This document shows, piece after piece, positions 45,323 through 57,205 of a stretch of DNA of 64,000 nucleotides (within the stretch, counting starts at the first letter, position 1; the number at the start of each line of letters is the position of its first letter). The notes beneath the pieces were generated by a model that had not been told where the DNA came from, searched no databases, and saw nothing but the letters and a program-made list of their open reading frames with translations. Both the position numbers and the translations under genes were made by a program. Source of the DNA: Thecamonas trahens ATCC 50062 (taxonomy: Eukaryota > Protista > Apusomonadida); contig NW_013657664.1 of the NCBI RefSeq assembly GCF_000142905.1, positions 338,133 to 402,132 of the forward strand, given 5' to 3'.

Positions 45323-47317
45323 TGGGGTGGCAGCACGCGGCTGCGGTGTGACGGGCACAAGACGGGCGCGGGGGCCGGACGCGCGTGGCGGGGACATCTC
45401 CAGCGCGACAACGTCAGCCACCGATGGCGCGTCGTCCTCGACAACGACCACGGTAGCGACAGTGGCGGACATGGTCGGTGACTGCGGGACTGGGATCGGC
45501 TCGACGCGCTGAGCCGGCGACGGCGCTGGGGTTGTTCCGGCGCCAACCTTGGCGGCGGCCACGTTCGCCTTGTGCATCTGGGTCGAGAGGTCAGCAGAGC
45601 GCTCTTGCAGGACAGCAATGCGAGCGTGCGCTGCCTCGAGCTGCGAGGCCAGGGCCTTGGCTTCAGCGCGGTCGGCAGCAGCAGCGGCAACCATCGACTC
45701 GTGTTCGACCACGAGCGCCTCGTACTGGGCAGTGACCCGGGCGCGGGCCTCATCGGCGCTGTGCATCTTGCCTTCGGAAACCTGCTTGTTGTACAGCGCA
45801 GCGTCGCGCTCCTGCTCGGCAGCAGCCTTGCCCGTCCGTGCCTCGGCCATTGCTTGGTGACTCTCGCCGACCTGATCCGTGAGTTTGGCGTTGGCAGAAA
45901 GAGCCTCTGTCAGCTGAGCCTCGAGGCTAGCGACCTGAGCCTGGCGCTCCTCGCGCTCGACCCGCTGCCGCTCAAGTTCCTCCTCCTTGGCGACGTTGGA
46001 CGCCGAGACCCGCTCAAACACCGCCCGCAGTTCGGTGTAGGTCTCGGTGAGCTCGCCATGCCGGGCAGCGGTCGTGCTTGCGCGGAGCGCCGTCTCGTTG
46101 AGCAGGATCTTGGTCTCCGAGAGCTCCGAGACCAGTGACTTGACCTTGTCGGCAAGTGCAGCGTTGGCATCCTTAAACTTGACGAGGAGCTCCTGTGCCT
46201 CGCTGTTCTCTGCGGTCACGTCTTCCAGCTGACTCGAGACTGTGGCGAGATCGCGCGTGGCCGCCTCAAGCTGGTCGTCGCGGGCCACGCCCTCGCGCAG
46301 CGTCTCGCGGAGTTGGGCGTCTCGCCGCTCGAGCTGCAGCTCTGCAGCCGCCTGCTTGGCGGTCGCCTCTTCGGCCGCGCGCTCGAGCATCGCAGCCCGG
46401 CTCCGCAGCGCTTCGTAGTCGTCCACGAGCCGCGTATGATCGTCGTAGCTTACGGCGCCATCGCCGCCAATCGACTGCCGGCCAAAGTCGGCGGCAGACG
46501 CGCCAAGTGTGGCGGCCACGGTGTGCTCGAATGAGAGCGAGGGGAGGAGCGAGTCAAGGTCGGTCGGACCAGGCGCAGCAGCAATAAACGTCGATGCTGC
46601 CTGAGGGCCATCGCCGCCGCCGGTCTGGCTGCTACGCAGGCCGTTGATGAGGGCTACGTCAACCTCGTGGAGCGCCCGGAAGTGTTCGGCCGAGGCCGCC
46701 GCCTCGGCGGCACGGGCCTCGGCGGCCTCGGCCCTCGTTTGCAACTTGGCAATTTCGTCGGTGTACGAGGCAATGAGCAGAGCAACGTGTTTGGACGAGG
46801 CAGCAGGCGAGTCGATGCCGGCCTCCTTGAGGTCGGAGAGAATGAGCGTGTCCTTCTTGGACTCGGCCGCCGACTCTGCGGCAGTGATCTTCTCCTGCAG
46901 CGCGGCGCTCATGCGGTCCAGCAGTTCGGTCTGTGCCAGAATGGTGGCTTCCTTGTCGGCAAGCTGATTCTGCAGGACAGCGACAGCACGCGAGCCGCCA
47001 CTACCTGCAGCGTCCTGCTGGTTGTCCCTGGCCAGCAGGCGATCCTTGAGAAAGACGGTTTCTGCCGAGAGCTCAGCCACCTGGACAGCCAGCCGCTCGT
47101 TCTCAAAGGCCAGCTCATCGACTGAGCATCCCGGCTTGCCGCTCTTCTCCGCAGCCACTGCCTGCTCCTTCTCCCGTGTCGCCAGTGCTCCTTCGGCCGC
47201 TGCGCGAGCCGCCTTCTCCGCCGCCAGCGACTCTGTCAGAATGGCGTTGTTCAGCTTGAGCGAAGCCACCTCGGCCGCCAGCGACCGGATGCGGCCCGAG
47301 TCGTCCGCAGAGGACAT
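44285..47317 (-). CDS. coiled-coil protein with filamin-type Ig repeat, tandem zinc fingers and C-terminal PDZ
   Basis: Long heptad region; PGDVDLHIVANGVELPASP; CQEC..H..C / CTLC..H..H; GHPAHKAGIRSGDIILSVN. Confidence 0.82.
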
Positions 47318-47361
47318 AGCAAGGGTGATGGTGGTGGGGTGGGGGGGGGGGGGGGGCTGGA

Positions 47362-47605
47362 NNNNNNNNNNNNNNNNNNNNNNNNNNNNNNNNNNNNNNN
47401 NNNNNNNNNNNNNNNNNNNNNNNNNNNNNNNNNNNNNNNNNNNNNNNNNNNNNNNNNNNNNNNNNNNNNNNNNNNNNNNNNNNNNNNNNNNNNNNNNNNN
47501 NNNNNNNNNNNNNNNNNNNNNNNNNNNNNNNNNNNNNNNNNNNNNNNNNNNNNNNNNNNNNNNNNNNNNNNNNNNNNNNNNNNNNNNNNNNNNNNNNNNN
47601 NNNNN
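47362..47605. other. assembly gap
   Basis: N run next to poly-G. Confidence 0.99.
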
Positions 47606-48161
47606 AGCGTCGCTCACACTTGATAGCGAAGGGTGGAGTGGGTGGTGGTGGTGGGGGGGGGGGGGGGGGCTGGACTGGGGTGGAGTGTGGTGCACAGCGG
47701 GTAGGTGCGGTAGTGACTGGCTGGCTGACTGGCTGGCTCTTCGGCCGTTTTGGTTGTCGGTCAGTTGGCCATGGGCCGCAGCCGCCAGCCGCAGTCACCG
47801 GTTGCTCCCACGGCGCCTGCCAAGACGAGGGGGAGGGGGGGGGGGGGGGGGGGGGGGGCAGCTGCTGCCTCGATCGATGGCGATGGCGAAGGCGGTGGCG
47901 ATGGCGGTGGCGGTGACGGTGGCGACCAGTGATCAGTGCAGATACGGGGCTAAGAGGGGAAATTGTGAGGCGGATGGGGTTGGGGTTGGATACGACGATG
48001 TGAAGGGGGGGATGGGGGTCGGTGCTGGGGGGAGGGGGCCTTCGGCAGGCGAGTGCGACACCGAGACCCAGGTCGAGACCACCGAGGACGAGACTGAGCC
48101 AACACCTCACCGCTGCTCATTCCAGGAGAGTGACCCAGGAGAGTGACCCAGGAGTAGAGGC

Positions 48162-50161
48162 ATGGATCTGCTGCGTGGGGCGGTGCCGGTGGACGCAGAG
48201 ACGGCAGAGACGGTACAGGCGGGCCAAGGCTCGGCGGGCGAGTCGGGCGAGTTGGACGGGTCGAACGGGTCGGGCTTGTCGAGTACCACGGTCACGGTGC
48301 CGGCAATGGTCCGCGAGTGTGCGGTGGCAGGTGGGGGGACCGTGGATGAGGACGAGTACCAGCGGAGGTGGGAGCTGAGGCGGCAGCGCAGGGAGGAGGC
48401 GGCGCAAGCGGCGCTGGCCGCAGAGCTCGAGCGGAGCAGGCGGAGAGAGTACGAGCGCATCCGCCAGATGCGCGAGATGCGCCGTAACCTGGCGCTGCTC
48501 GACGACGGCGATGACCAAGACGACGATGACGAGTCTGACGATATGTACTCGAGCAGCGGCTCGGAAGTAGAGGTTGGGGTAATGGGGGGCATTGGCGTCG
48601 CTGATGGCGCCGCGGCCTCGCCGGCACAGGCTGCGGCACCAACCACACCGCAAGCAACACGCCCGCTCGTCGCGCTCTCCGCCTCGGAGGTCGGCGACTG
48701 GCTGCTCGGCCTTGGACTGGACGACCTTGTTCCGGTCTTTGCCGAGCATGCCATCGACGGAGCGGCTCTCCTCGCGCTGAGCGACGCCGATCTCCGCGAC
48801 GACCTCGGGCTCAAGCTGGGTCCGCGGCGCAAGATCACTGCGGCCCGCTCCGGACAAATGGTTGGTGCAGGCAGCCCAGCCGGAGGCAGTCCAGTCGGAT
48901 CACTGCTCTCGAGGTCGTGGTCGGCGAGCCCGCTCGCGTCGCCGGGTACCTCGCTCCGTGTCAAGCTGGTGTATGTGGGCGACGACGGCGGCTCGGTTCG
49001 AGTGCATGCCATGTCGTTGCCGCATGATGTGCACTTTGATGAGGTGCTGCAAACAGCAAGTGCCGGCGCTGGCCTGGATGCACACGTCGCACTCTCCTAC
49101 GTCGATGAGGACGGCGACGTTGTCGGGCTTGCATCGGACCTTGACTGGGCGGCTGCGCTCGACTGGTTCATGGCGCAAGCAGAGGTGCGGACGCTTCGCA
49201 TCCAAGTTCACGTCGTCAGTACCTCGCCGTCCCCCCATTGTCGTCGCCGTCGCCGTCGTCGCCGGCCTCGCTGGGTCGTGACATAGAGTACTCGCTGGGT
49301 GCCAAGATCGGCGAAGGCGCGTTCGGCAAGGTCTACCTAGCGCAGGATGCGCGGACTGGGGCGCTGCTTGCCATCAAGCAAGTCGAGCTGAAGGACGCAA
49401 GCACGCTGGCGCGATCTGTGGCGGCACAGCTCGATAAGCAGCTCGAGGCGCTGGAAAAGGAGGTCGAGATCCTAGGCCTCGTCGGCGATCACCCAAACAT
49501 TGTGCGGTACCTCGGGACGCGACGCGAGGGCGCCACCATCAATGTCATGATGGAGTATGTATCGGGCGGCTCACTGCATGCGCTTATGCAGAAGATGGGT
49601 GCTTTTCCCGAGCGGGTCGTCGCCGGATACATTGCGCAGGCGCTGCGCGGGCTCGAGTACCTGCACGCTCGCGGCATCATCCACCGTGACCTCAAGGCGT
49701 CGAACCTGCTGATCTCTGCAGAGACCAACGTGGTCAAGATTTCTGACTTTGGCACCTCGCGAGTCCTCGCCGGCCTCTCGCAGCAGGGCTCTGTCGTCGG
49801 CGCACGGACCTTTGTCGGCACACCGTGGTTCATGCCGCCCGAGGTCGTCCGGCAGTCGCCGTACGACACCTCGGCCGACGTGTGGTCGCTAGCGGCGACC
49901 GCCGTTGAGCTTCTCACCGGCAACCCACCGTTCCACAATCTAGAGCCAGTCCAGGCCATCTTTGCCATCGGTCGATCGACTGGTCGGCCGGTGTTCACCC
50001 CGCTCTCGCCGCTCTCGCCGGCCTGTGACGCCTTTCTCGACGCCTGCTTCATCGTCGACGTCGAGACCCGCGCCACCGTACCAGACCTTCTCGCCCACGA
50101 CTGGCTTGTCGCGGTCTCGCCGCTCCCCTCGCCGTCCCTCTCTCCGCCAACCTCCAGCTAG
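48162..50161 (+). CDS. STE11/MEKK-family MAP3K with SAM and PB1 domains (apparent 1-nt frameshift at C-run 49231-49236)
   Basis: SAM (VGDWLLGLGL..IDGAALL..DLGLKLGPRRKI), PB1 (LSYVDEDGDVV), kinase (GEGAFGKV, AIKQV, HRDLKASN, DFG, GTPWFMPPEV). The kinase ORF has no ATG before its Gly-loop. Confidence 0.85.
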
Positions 50162-50346
50162 CTTCTTCGGCGCAAGCAAAACGATCGCACCATTGCATTG
50201 CCCGCCAGGTCGGGTGCACAGTTTGGCTTGACTCGGCTGACGCGTCCGTCTGCGCCGTGCCGAGCCCGGTCCACGGCTAGAACCAAGACCTTGATGAGGT
50301 CGAGGACAAAGGCCCACACTCCTCCCCAACCTCCCATCCGTCTGCC

Positions 50347-50474
50347 ATGGCTTCCGACCCGTACTCTGACGCCGCCCTCGCCCAGCACCAGGGCTTTCAG
50401 TACGAGCGCTACGAGCCCGTCCAGCAGGGTCCGTCCTGCCCCACGGTACGTCCAGTCCTTCCCCTCCCTCCGGC

Positions 50475-50517
<43 letters not shown>

Positions 50518-50866
50518 CACGTACACTTACCCTCCCTCCCTCCATCCCTCCCTCTCCCCGCAGCAAGCTATGTACGGTGCCATGATGGGTGGTGCGGTCG
50601 GCGTCTCCTTTGGCGTCCTCTTTGGTGGCTACACTGCCTTTGCCAACCGCATGGGCATGGGCGACTTTGTCCGTTTTGTGGGCAAGGCTGCTGCTGGCTC
50701 TGGCTCCACCTTTGCCGTCTTTATGGCCGTTGGTGCCTTTGTCCGCTGTGAAGAGGAGCGCATCGCCAACGATGCTGCTTGGAGCCACCACGCTGCTCGC
50801 GTTGCCGACGCCATCGACGTCATCACCGCTCTCCGCACTCCCGACGCCGCACGCATCATGCTCTAG
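50347..50866 (+). CDS. ROMO1: Romo1/Mgr2 mitochondrial inner-membrane protein
   Basis: GPSC | intron 50446-50563 (GTACGT..CAG) | GAMMGGAVG..GVLFGG..SGSTFAVFMAVGAFVRC. Confidence 0.85.
50482..50511 (+). repeat. (CA)n microsatellite inside the ROMO1 intron
   Basis: Direct reading. Confidence 0.9.
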
Positions 50867-51384
50867 GTCGGCGCACTTCCTGTGGCTGCCGCTGCCGGCA
50901 TCCTCTTTGCCTGTACGCCAGCCAACTTGCCGGGCTTGTGGCTAGACGCTGTGTCTGGCCCCGCTTCGCTCTGCTTTCTGCCACGCCGTCCCGTCGCCGC
51001 ACCCGAGCGCCCTGTTCATGTCCTCCCGTGCCGACCTTGTTTGCGCGCATCCTGTCGGACCGTGCCCCGCGTACGTCGTGGACTCGCCACCCGCCGCGCG
51101 GTTACCTGCTGCGCGATTGTCGACCGCGCCGATGCCTGCCGGACAATTACACACCCCCTTGAAGCTGCCAGCCATGGCTCCCCTTCCTCTCTACACACAC
51201 ATGCCCAGCACATGCACCCTCTGACAACCATCTCCCCCCTTCCTTTCCCTCCCTTTCCCATCCACGCTGCATCGCCTCCAAAACGAGCCCTCGATCAGGT
51301 AGGCGGTCGGTAGCCACAGAGCCAAAGACAGCAAAGTCGGAGCAGACAGTGGGCCGACGTCCAACAGCAGAAACCACAGCCAGC

Positions 51385-51482
51385 AGCCACAGCCACCGCA
51401 ACAGCCACAGCCACAGCCACAGCCACAGCCACTCCACTCCACCTCCTCGCCCACACCCACACCCACACCCACACCCACACCC
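51385..51482 (+). repeat. (AGCCAC)n and (CCCACA)n hexamer repeats upstream of CSTF1
   Basis: Direct reading. Confidence 0.85.
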
Positions 51483-51491
51483 TCACCCACA

Positions 51492-53008
51492 ATGCAGAAT
51501 ATGGAGGTGACCCCCCTGGGTGGCCCTCCCGGTCGCGGCAGCGAGAACGCCGGCGGTGGCTCGGGTGCCCTTGCCGAGCTCACCACTGCCCAGCTCTACG
51601 GGTACATCATCGAGCAGCTGGTGGCCGACGGGTACTCCCAGGTCGCCATGGCCGTCTCGGTCGCCTCGGGTGTGCCTGCACAGGCCTCGCTCCGTCGCCC
51701 TGGTGGTGACGGCGAGTCCGGCCGCTCGGCAGAGGCCGCCCTCGGCCCCACCTCGGGTCAGCAAGCCTCTGGCCCAGAGGCAGACGGCGAGTCCTCCTCG
51801 CTCTTCGAGCTGGTGGCCCTCGGCCTCAAGGCCAAGCACACGGGTGTGCTGGACAAGCTGACTGCTGCAGGATCGGTCAACCTCGCCCTGGACGAGTCCA
51901 TGAGTACGTGTACCGCAGGAGAGGCCAGGAGGGCGGGCACGGGCAGAGTGGCCTTGTGCAACATCCGGAAGAGGAGGGTGCCGGTCGAGCCGGGAGTGAC
52001 TCACAATGGTGCGGGGGAGGGATAGAGCGGACCATGGCCGAGCCGGCGCCGGGCTACATCTCCAACTACGTGTCCAAGCACAACGACGCGGTGCTGGCCA
52101 CGGCGTTTTCGCGCGACGGTCTGTATCTGGCCACGGGCTCGGCGGACATGTCGCTCAAGCTGATGGATGTGGCGCGGATGAAGCGGGTGCACACTACGGG
52201 ACATCGCGAGTTTGGCCGCAACCCATCGAGTCATCCGGTGGTGCAGACGTTCTACGACCACGCGAGCGCGGTGCTCGACCTGGCCTTCCACCCGTTCCAG
52301 CCCATCCTGGTCTCGGGCTCGGGCGACTGCTCCATCAAGCTGTTCAAGACGACGACTGGTGTCAACCGGGCGTTCTCTGTCATGCAGGACGCGCACGCCG
52401 TCAACAGCCTCGCTTTTCACCCGTCGGGCGACTTTCTGCTCGCCGGCACGGCCGACGCCGCCCTTCGTGTCTACGACATGGAGACGCACAGCTGCTTCAT
52501 CTCGGCTGACACCGACAACTTCCACACCTCGGGCATCAACTCTGTTGCTTACGATAACTCGGCGAACCTGTACGTCACCGGCTCCTCCGATGGCTCGATC
52601 AAGGTCTGGGACGGCGCCAACGCCACGGTGGTTAACACCATTGCCGGCGGCCACTCGGGCGCGCCGGTCACGTCGGTCCAGCTCTCGTCCAACGGCCGCT
52701 ATCTCCTTAGCTCTGGCCTCGACTCGACGGTTCGCCTCTGGGAGGTCTCCACCGCCAAGTCGGTCCAGGTCTACAACCAACATGTCGCCACCATGCCGTC
52801 GCCGGCCACCTTTAACTTTCACGAGAAGCACATTCTTGTCTCTGACGAGGCCCGCGGCGGCATCGCCATCTACGATGTCCACACCGCGCAGATCGTGTCA
52901 ACGCTGCCTGGTCACAAGCAGCCGGTCTCGTCGATCACAGCCTCGCCCACCGAGGATGCGTTTGCCTCGGGCTCACTTGACAACTTTGCCCGCTACTGGA
53001 GCGCCTAG
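51492..53008 (+). CDS. CSTF1: cleavage stimulation factor 50 kDa subunit (WD40)
   Basis: N-terminal dimerisation segment LYGYIIEQLVADGY; intron 51904-52025 (GTACGT..TAG); HPVVQTFYDH and multiple WD40 repeats. Confidence 0.9.
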
Positions 53009-53042
53009 CGTACAATAACAAACAAGCACACCCGCTCAGCTC

Positions 53043-56000
53043 TTACTCATTGTACACCACCATGTCTGCGATGTGGAAGTGGTCCGACCACAGCGCCCGG
53101 AGCACATCCACGAGGTGCCGCATGTCGCGCTCGCCGCCGCCCTGCAGTCGCCACGACACATCGCCGCTCGACTCGTCGACGGCACCGGGCACAGCCTCCT
53201 CCACGAGGAACGAGAGGTCCAGTCGCGTCGGCGCAGAAGCGTACACGTCGGCCTCGAGCAAATCCTTGATCTCGATCGCCTGGTAGAGCGCAAACTGCTG
53301 TCCGGGCTTGGCCTTGTCGGCCTTGGCGAGAACCTTGTCGAACGCCGGAAGCGGGTGGACCGTGAACGCCTCGTTCAGCAGTACCAGCCAGGTGTTGGTC
53401 AGCACGAGCGTGGCGTGGAACGGTGCCTTGATCTTGCTGGACTTGTCAACGTCTCGTGGTGGGAGGACAACCACAGAGAGCACCTTGCGCAGGTCAAGCT
53501 GGACCTCGGACATGATGCCGGTAAAGATGGTGGTGGCAAGCGCGGCCCGGACATCCGGGGCGTTTTGAACCAGAGGCACATGCCGCGCCACCTTGTGCAG
53601 CGTCGCGCTCAGCTGCCGCGTCGCCTCGGCGCAGCCGGTGATGATCGCGTACGAGGTCTCCGGTGATAGCTCCAGACGGAGACTCTGTCCAAACGCGCCG
53701 ACTCGGACGGCGGCGAGGCTCGCAATGTCGATCTTGTCGAGCTCGACAAGACCGTCGATGAGGTCAGCGTCGCCCTGGGTGAGCGACTCGGTGAACGGTG
53801 ACGATTTGGACCACGACTTGTGGCCGAGAAGGAGGACCGAGGCTGTTGTGACAATCACGCCAGCCCAGCGCGTCACGTTGCCCGATGCGCTGAGGCTCCA
53901 CTTGGCGAGTCGGCCCGGTGCAAAGGCGAGAATGTTCTCAGTCTCGACGTCGATGATGTGCAGCTGGACGTGGAGCTTGAGCGCTGACTGGAGTGTCACG
54001 TCCCAGCCGAGATCAAGATAGCCGGCGTCGGCGCGGGCCTCGGCCTCGGACCGCATGCCCTCGTCATAGTCAACCGGTGTCACCGGTTTTGGTGGCGGTG
54101 CCTCGTCAGTGTGCACAACTGCGGCGTCGCTGGACGCTGAGCCGACACGCGGCGATGCTGCGTGGCCTGCTGCAGACGATGATGCCGCAAAAGAGTGGGC
54201 CGATGCCTCGGATGCCACCGACGAGGCCATGCCCGAGCTCGCTCCGGCGCCTGCAGTAGCACCCGGGATGGCCAGTGGCGCCGTCGCCTCAGCTACCGCT
54301 GGCTGTGCCTCCTCAAATGCCTCGACAATAAAGTCGGAGCCGCAGGTCGGGCACATGTCGCGAAGCATAGCCTTGGTCGTGTCGGCATACGTCGCCGAGC
54401 ACTTCAGACACTTGACGGTAGCGTGGAGAACAGCGAGCTCTGGGTTGGCCAACGAGTTGAGGAGGTCGACAAGCTCACCAACGACGTCGGCCTCAACCGC
54501 ATACTCGACTGTCGACGCCACGCCGCGGTCCCTGCGGAACTCGAGCTGGACTCGCGAGCCCGAACGTGCCGAGAAGGTTGAGGCTCGGTAGAGGTGCTCG
54601 AGGTTGTGGGTGGCGACGACTTCGGCGTCGGTCACGTCCATTTCCGAGATCTTGCCGCGGGTAACAATGAGAATGAGGGTCTTGGCCGCTGAGCCGGTGG
54701 TCTCCACCAGAAACTCGCCTTGAGTCGAGCCGTCGTCGGATGACGCATCCGCCTCCGACGACTCGGCACCGGCGTCTGGCGCGGTGGCAAGCCCATCGTC
54801 ACCAGCGATCGATTCTGCCGAGCGCATAGAGCTGGCAGTCGAGGGATGCGAAGTCGGCGGCGTCCCGTCGCGCGGCAGCAGTGTCGGCGAGCGGGGTGAG
54901 ATGGCTGGTGAGCGCGGTGAAGCCTCGGAGGAGCGACCGCCAGGCGGTGGCAGCGGCAGGGCGTCAAAGGCGGCATCGTTTGGTGCCGGCAAGTGTGACC
55001 CGCTCGTTCGCGACGTGCTTGACTTGGTCTCATCCGACGGAGCAGGAGTGGCCAGCTTCGCCTGTGCGTCTTGCATCAAGGCCGAGAGCGAGGTCGATCC
55101 CGAGCGGCGCGACCGGGTCCGGGAGCGCGAGCGCGAGCGTGACACCGACGGCGACGGCGACGAGTGGCCCGAGTTTGCCGAACATTCCTTGCGCTTACGC
55201 CTCTTGCGCTTCTTTCGCCGGCTCCTGCCGCTAGTAACGAAAAAGCCGTCCTTGGAACGCGCTTCCGACCGCGACTTGCGCTTGGCCACAACCAGCTGTG
55301 GCGAGCTGAGCCCGTCGGGCCGCGTCGGCGACGAGGACGCGACCGTGGCATAGGGATCGGCAACAAGCCGCGGCGAAGTGTGGGAAGCGGCCAACCGCTG
55401 CTCGCGGCGATCACGTTCGAGCTGGGTGAGAACCACCAGCCAGTTGTCTCCGTAGCGAGCCTTGATGTCCTCGACCTGGCGCTTGAACTCCTGCGTCGAC
55501 TCTTTGAGCTCGGTCGAGCTCGACAGTGGCACCGGGAGCGGAGCAGTAGCAGTTGGCGCGGCAAGAAGAGCGGGAGTAGCAACAGACGGCCCCGAATAGC
55601 CTTGCGGGGGCGAGGAGGCCACGCGCGGGCGCGGCGCCGGAACATCGCGAATAGCGGCAACGCGGGCGCGCGGAGACGACGATATCAGAGCTGGGGCTGG
55701 TGAGCCCGAGGCGGCGCGACGGTGAACCTCACGTGATGCTGAGACAACCCGTGAAACAGCTGCGGCGTCCGAGGACGACAGCGGGGCGCCGTCGAGCGTC
55801 CGCAGCGACTCGGAGCCTGCAAGCTCAAACTCGGCAAAGGTGGCGACACGAAAGTCAGTCCGCGCTGCCACAGGGTTGCCGGCCAACCACAGCGCTTCAA
55901 GGCATGGCAGAGCGGCCAGCCGCGAGACCTCGTCGAGGGAGACAACCAGGTTGAGGGCAAGGTCGAGCGACTCGAGCGCGTAGAGCTTGCCGAGGCCGGC

Positions 56001-56927
56001 CAGTGAGCGGATTGAGTTGGAGCGAAGCGAGAGCGACCGCAGATTGCCGACTTGAGTGTGGACGTTGGCAAATGAGGTGATGGCGTTGTAGCCAAGGTCA
56101 GCAGTGTGGAGGTAGATGCACTCCTCGAGGTGCTCGATGGCGGTCAGCTTGTTGTGGCTGAGAACGAGGACTTCCAAGTAGGGAACGGCCAGTAGCGCCC
56201 GCTGGTCAATCCGCTCGAGCCCAGCGTGGGTTATGGTAAGCTCGCGGAGGCGTGGCCAGACGACCTCGCGAACCTTGCGGATCGGCGAGCCGATCTGCGC
56301 CGATGGTGAAGGTGGATCCGAAAAGGCCTCGCCGTCACCGTTTCCAGCGCCATGCTCGGCCGCCGTGGGCGACGGCAGCGGCGAAGCAAAGACCTCAACG
56401 CCATGCAACGGCAAGTCGACAAGCAGCTGGTCAAGCGCAAAGCGTGAATGGACCGGGAAGGGCAGGGCAGGACCCTGATCTGGATCCGAGCGACCGCCCG
56501 AGCGCGGAGCAGCGACGACGAGGGTCAGCGCGCGAAGCTGGACAAAGACTTCGTTGAGGTCAGCAAGCTGGCGTGGGAGCACGTTGTCGGCATGCAGTCG
56601 CTCGAGCGAGTGGAACATGCCCATGGCAACTGGGTGGTCTGCGGCGATGTGTGCAGCATGCGGCGGAGGATGCCGCGGACCAGCGACATGAAGCGAGGGC
56701 AACTTGCGAACAAAACGGTCGATGACCATCATGGCATCAGCATCCCCATACTCCCTGCATGACTCTGCACCATGTTCGTGGAACATGTACAGCCGTCCGT
56801 TGAGATAGGCCAGGCACGCCGGGTTGACGGTAAAGGGCGCCGCTCCACCGACGACCTCCTCACCATGCTCGGCCACAAACCGCTTGAGCGAGGAGATGAA
56901 CACATGCCCGTTGACCTCACCAGACAT
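53043..56927 (-). CDS. STK11IP: LRR protein, STK11IP/nischarin-like
   Basis: LRR array (LSHNKL, LGYNAI, LRSNSI, LALNLV, LAGNPV), CLKC..CPTCGS zinc ribbon, C-terminal PH-like regions. Confidence 0.75.
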   Translation of the reverse strand: MSGEVNGHVFISSLKRFVAEHGEEVVGGAAPFTVNPACLAYLNGRLYMFHEHGAESCREYGDADAMMVIDRFVRKLPSLHVAGPRHPPPHAAHIAADHPVAMGMFHSLERLHADNVLPRQLADLNEVFVQLRALTLVVAAPRSGGRSDPDQGPALPFPVHSRFALDQLLVDLPLHGVEVFASPLPSPTAAEHGAGNGDGEAFSDPPSPSAQIGSPIRKVREVVWPRLRELTITHAGLERIDQRALLAVPYLEVLVLSHNKLTAIEHLEECIYLHTADLGYNAITSFANVHTQVGNLRSLSLRSNSIRSLAGLGKLYALESLDLALNLVVSLDEVSRLAALPCLEALWLAGNPVAARTDFRVATFAEFELAGSESLRTLDGAPLSSSDAAAVSRVVSASREVHRRAASGSPAPALISSSPRARVAAIRDVPAPRPRVASSPPQGYSGPSVATPALLAAPTATAPLPVPLSSSTELKESTQEFKRQVEDIKARYGDNWLVVLTQLERDRREQRLAASHTSPRLVADPYATVASSSPTRPDGLSSPQLVVAKRKSRSEARSKDGFFVTSGRSRRKKRKRRKRKECSANSGHSSPSPSVSRSRSRSRTRSRRSGSTSLSALMQDAQAKLATPAPSDETKSSTSRTSGSHLPAPNDAAFDALPLPPPGGRSSEASPRSPAISPRSPTLLPRDGTPPTSHPSTASSMRSAESIAGDDGLATAPDAGAESSEADASSDDGSTQGEFLVETTGSAAKTLILIVTRGKISEMDVTDAEVVATHNLEHLYRASTFSARSGSRVQLEFRRDRGVASTVEYAVEADVVGELVDLLNSLANPELAVLHATVKCLKCSATYADTTKAMLRDMCPTCGSDFIVEAFEEAQPAVAEATAPLAIPGATAGAGASSGMASSVASEASAHSFAASSSAAGHAASPRVGSASSDAAVVHTDEAPPPKPVTPVDYDEGMRSEAEARADAGYLDLGWDVTLQSALKLHVQLHIIDVETENILAFAPGRLAKWSLSASGNVTRWAGVIVTTASVLLLGHKSWSKSSPFTESLTQGDADLIDGLVELDKIDIASLAAVRVGAFGQSLRLELSPETSYAIITGCAEATRQLSATLHKVARHVPLVQNAPDVRAALATTIFTGIMSEVQLDLRKVLSVVVLPPRDVDKSSKIKAPFHATLVLTNTWLVLLNEAFTVHPLPAFDKVLAKADKAKPGQQFALYQAIEIKDLLEADVYASAPTRLDLSFLVEEAVPGAVDESSGDVSWRLQGGGERDMRHLVDVLRALWSDHFHIADMVVYNE

Positions 56928-57205
56928 GATACACAGCTGGCTGCGGTGGGGGGGGGGGGGGGGCTGGTTGGCTGGGAAGTGCCCCTGGGAAGGGCCGGGG
57001 TTGGTCCAAGTGGGGTGGTGCCGTCGTGCCCATGTCGTGGTGGCAAGAGTTGTGCGAGCGGAGCATGGCGACGGTCCGACCTGGTCTCTGCGCTCCGGGG
57101 AAGGGAGAGGGACGGGGCGGCAGGCTGGGCAGGCCACCTGACTGCCGAGCAGACAGGCTGGCGTTGGTAGCCGCAGACAGGCTGTGGCGAGAGACTCTGG
57201 TGCTG

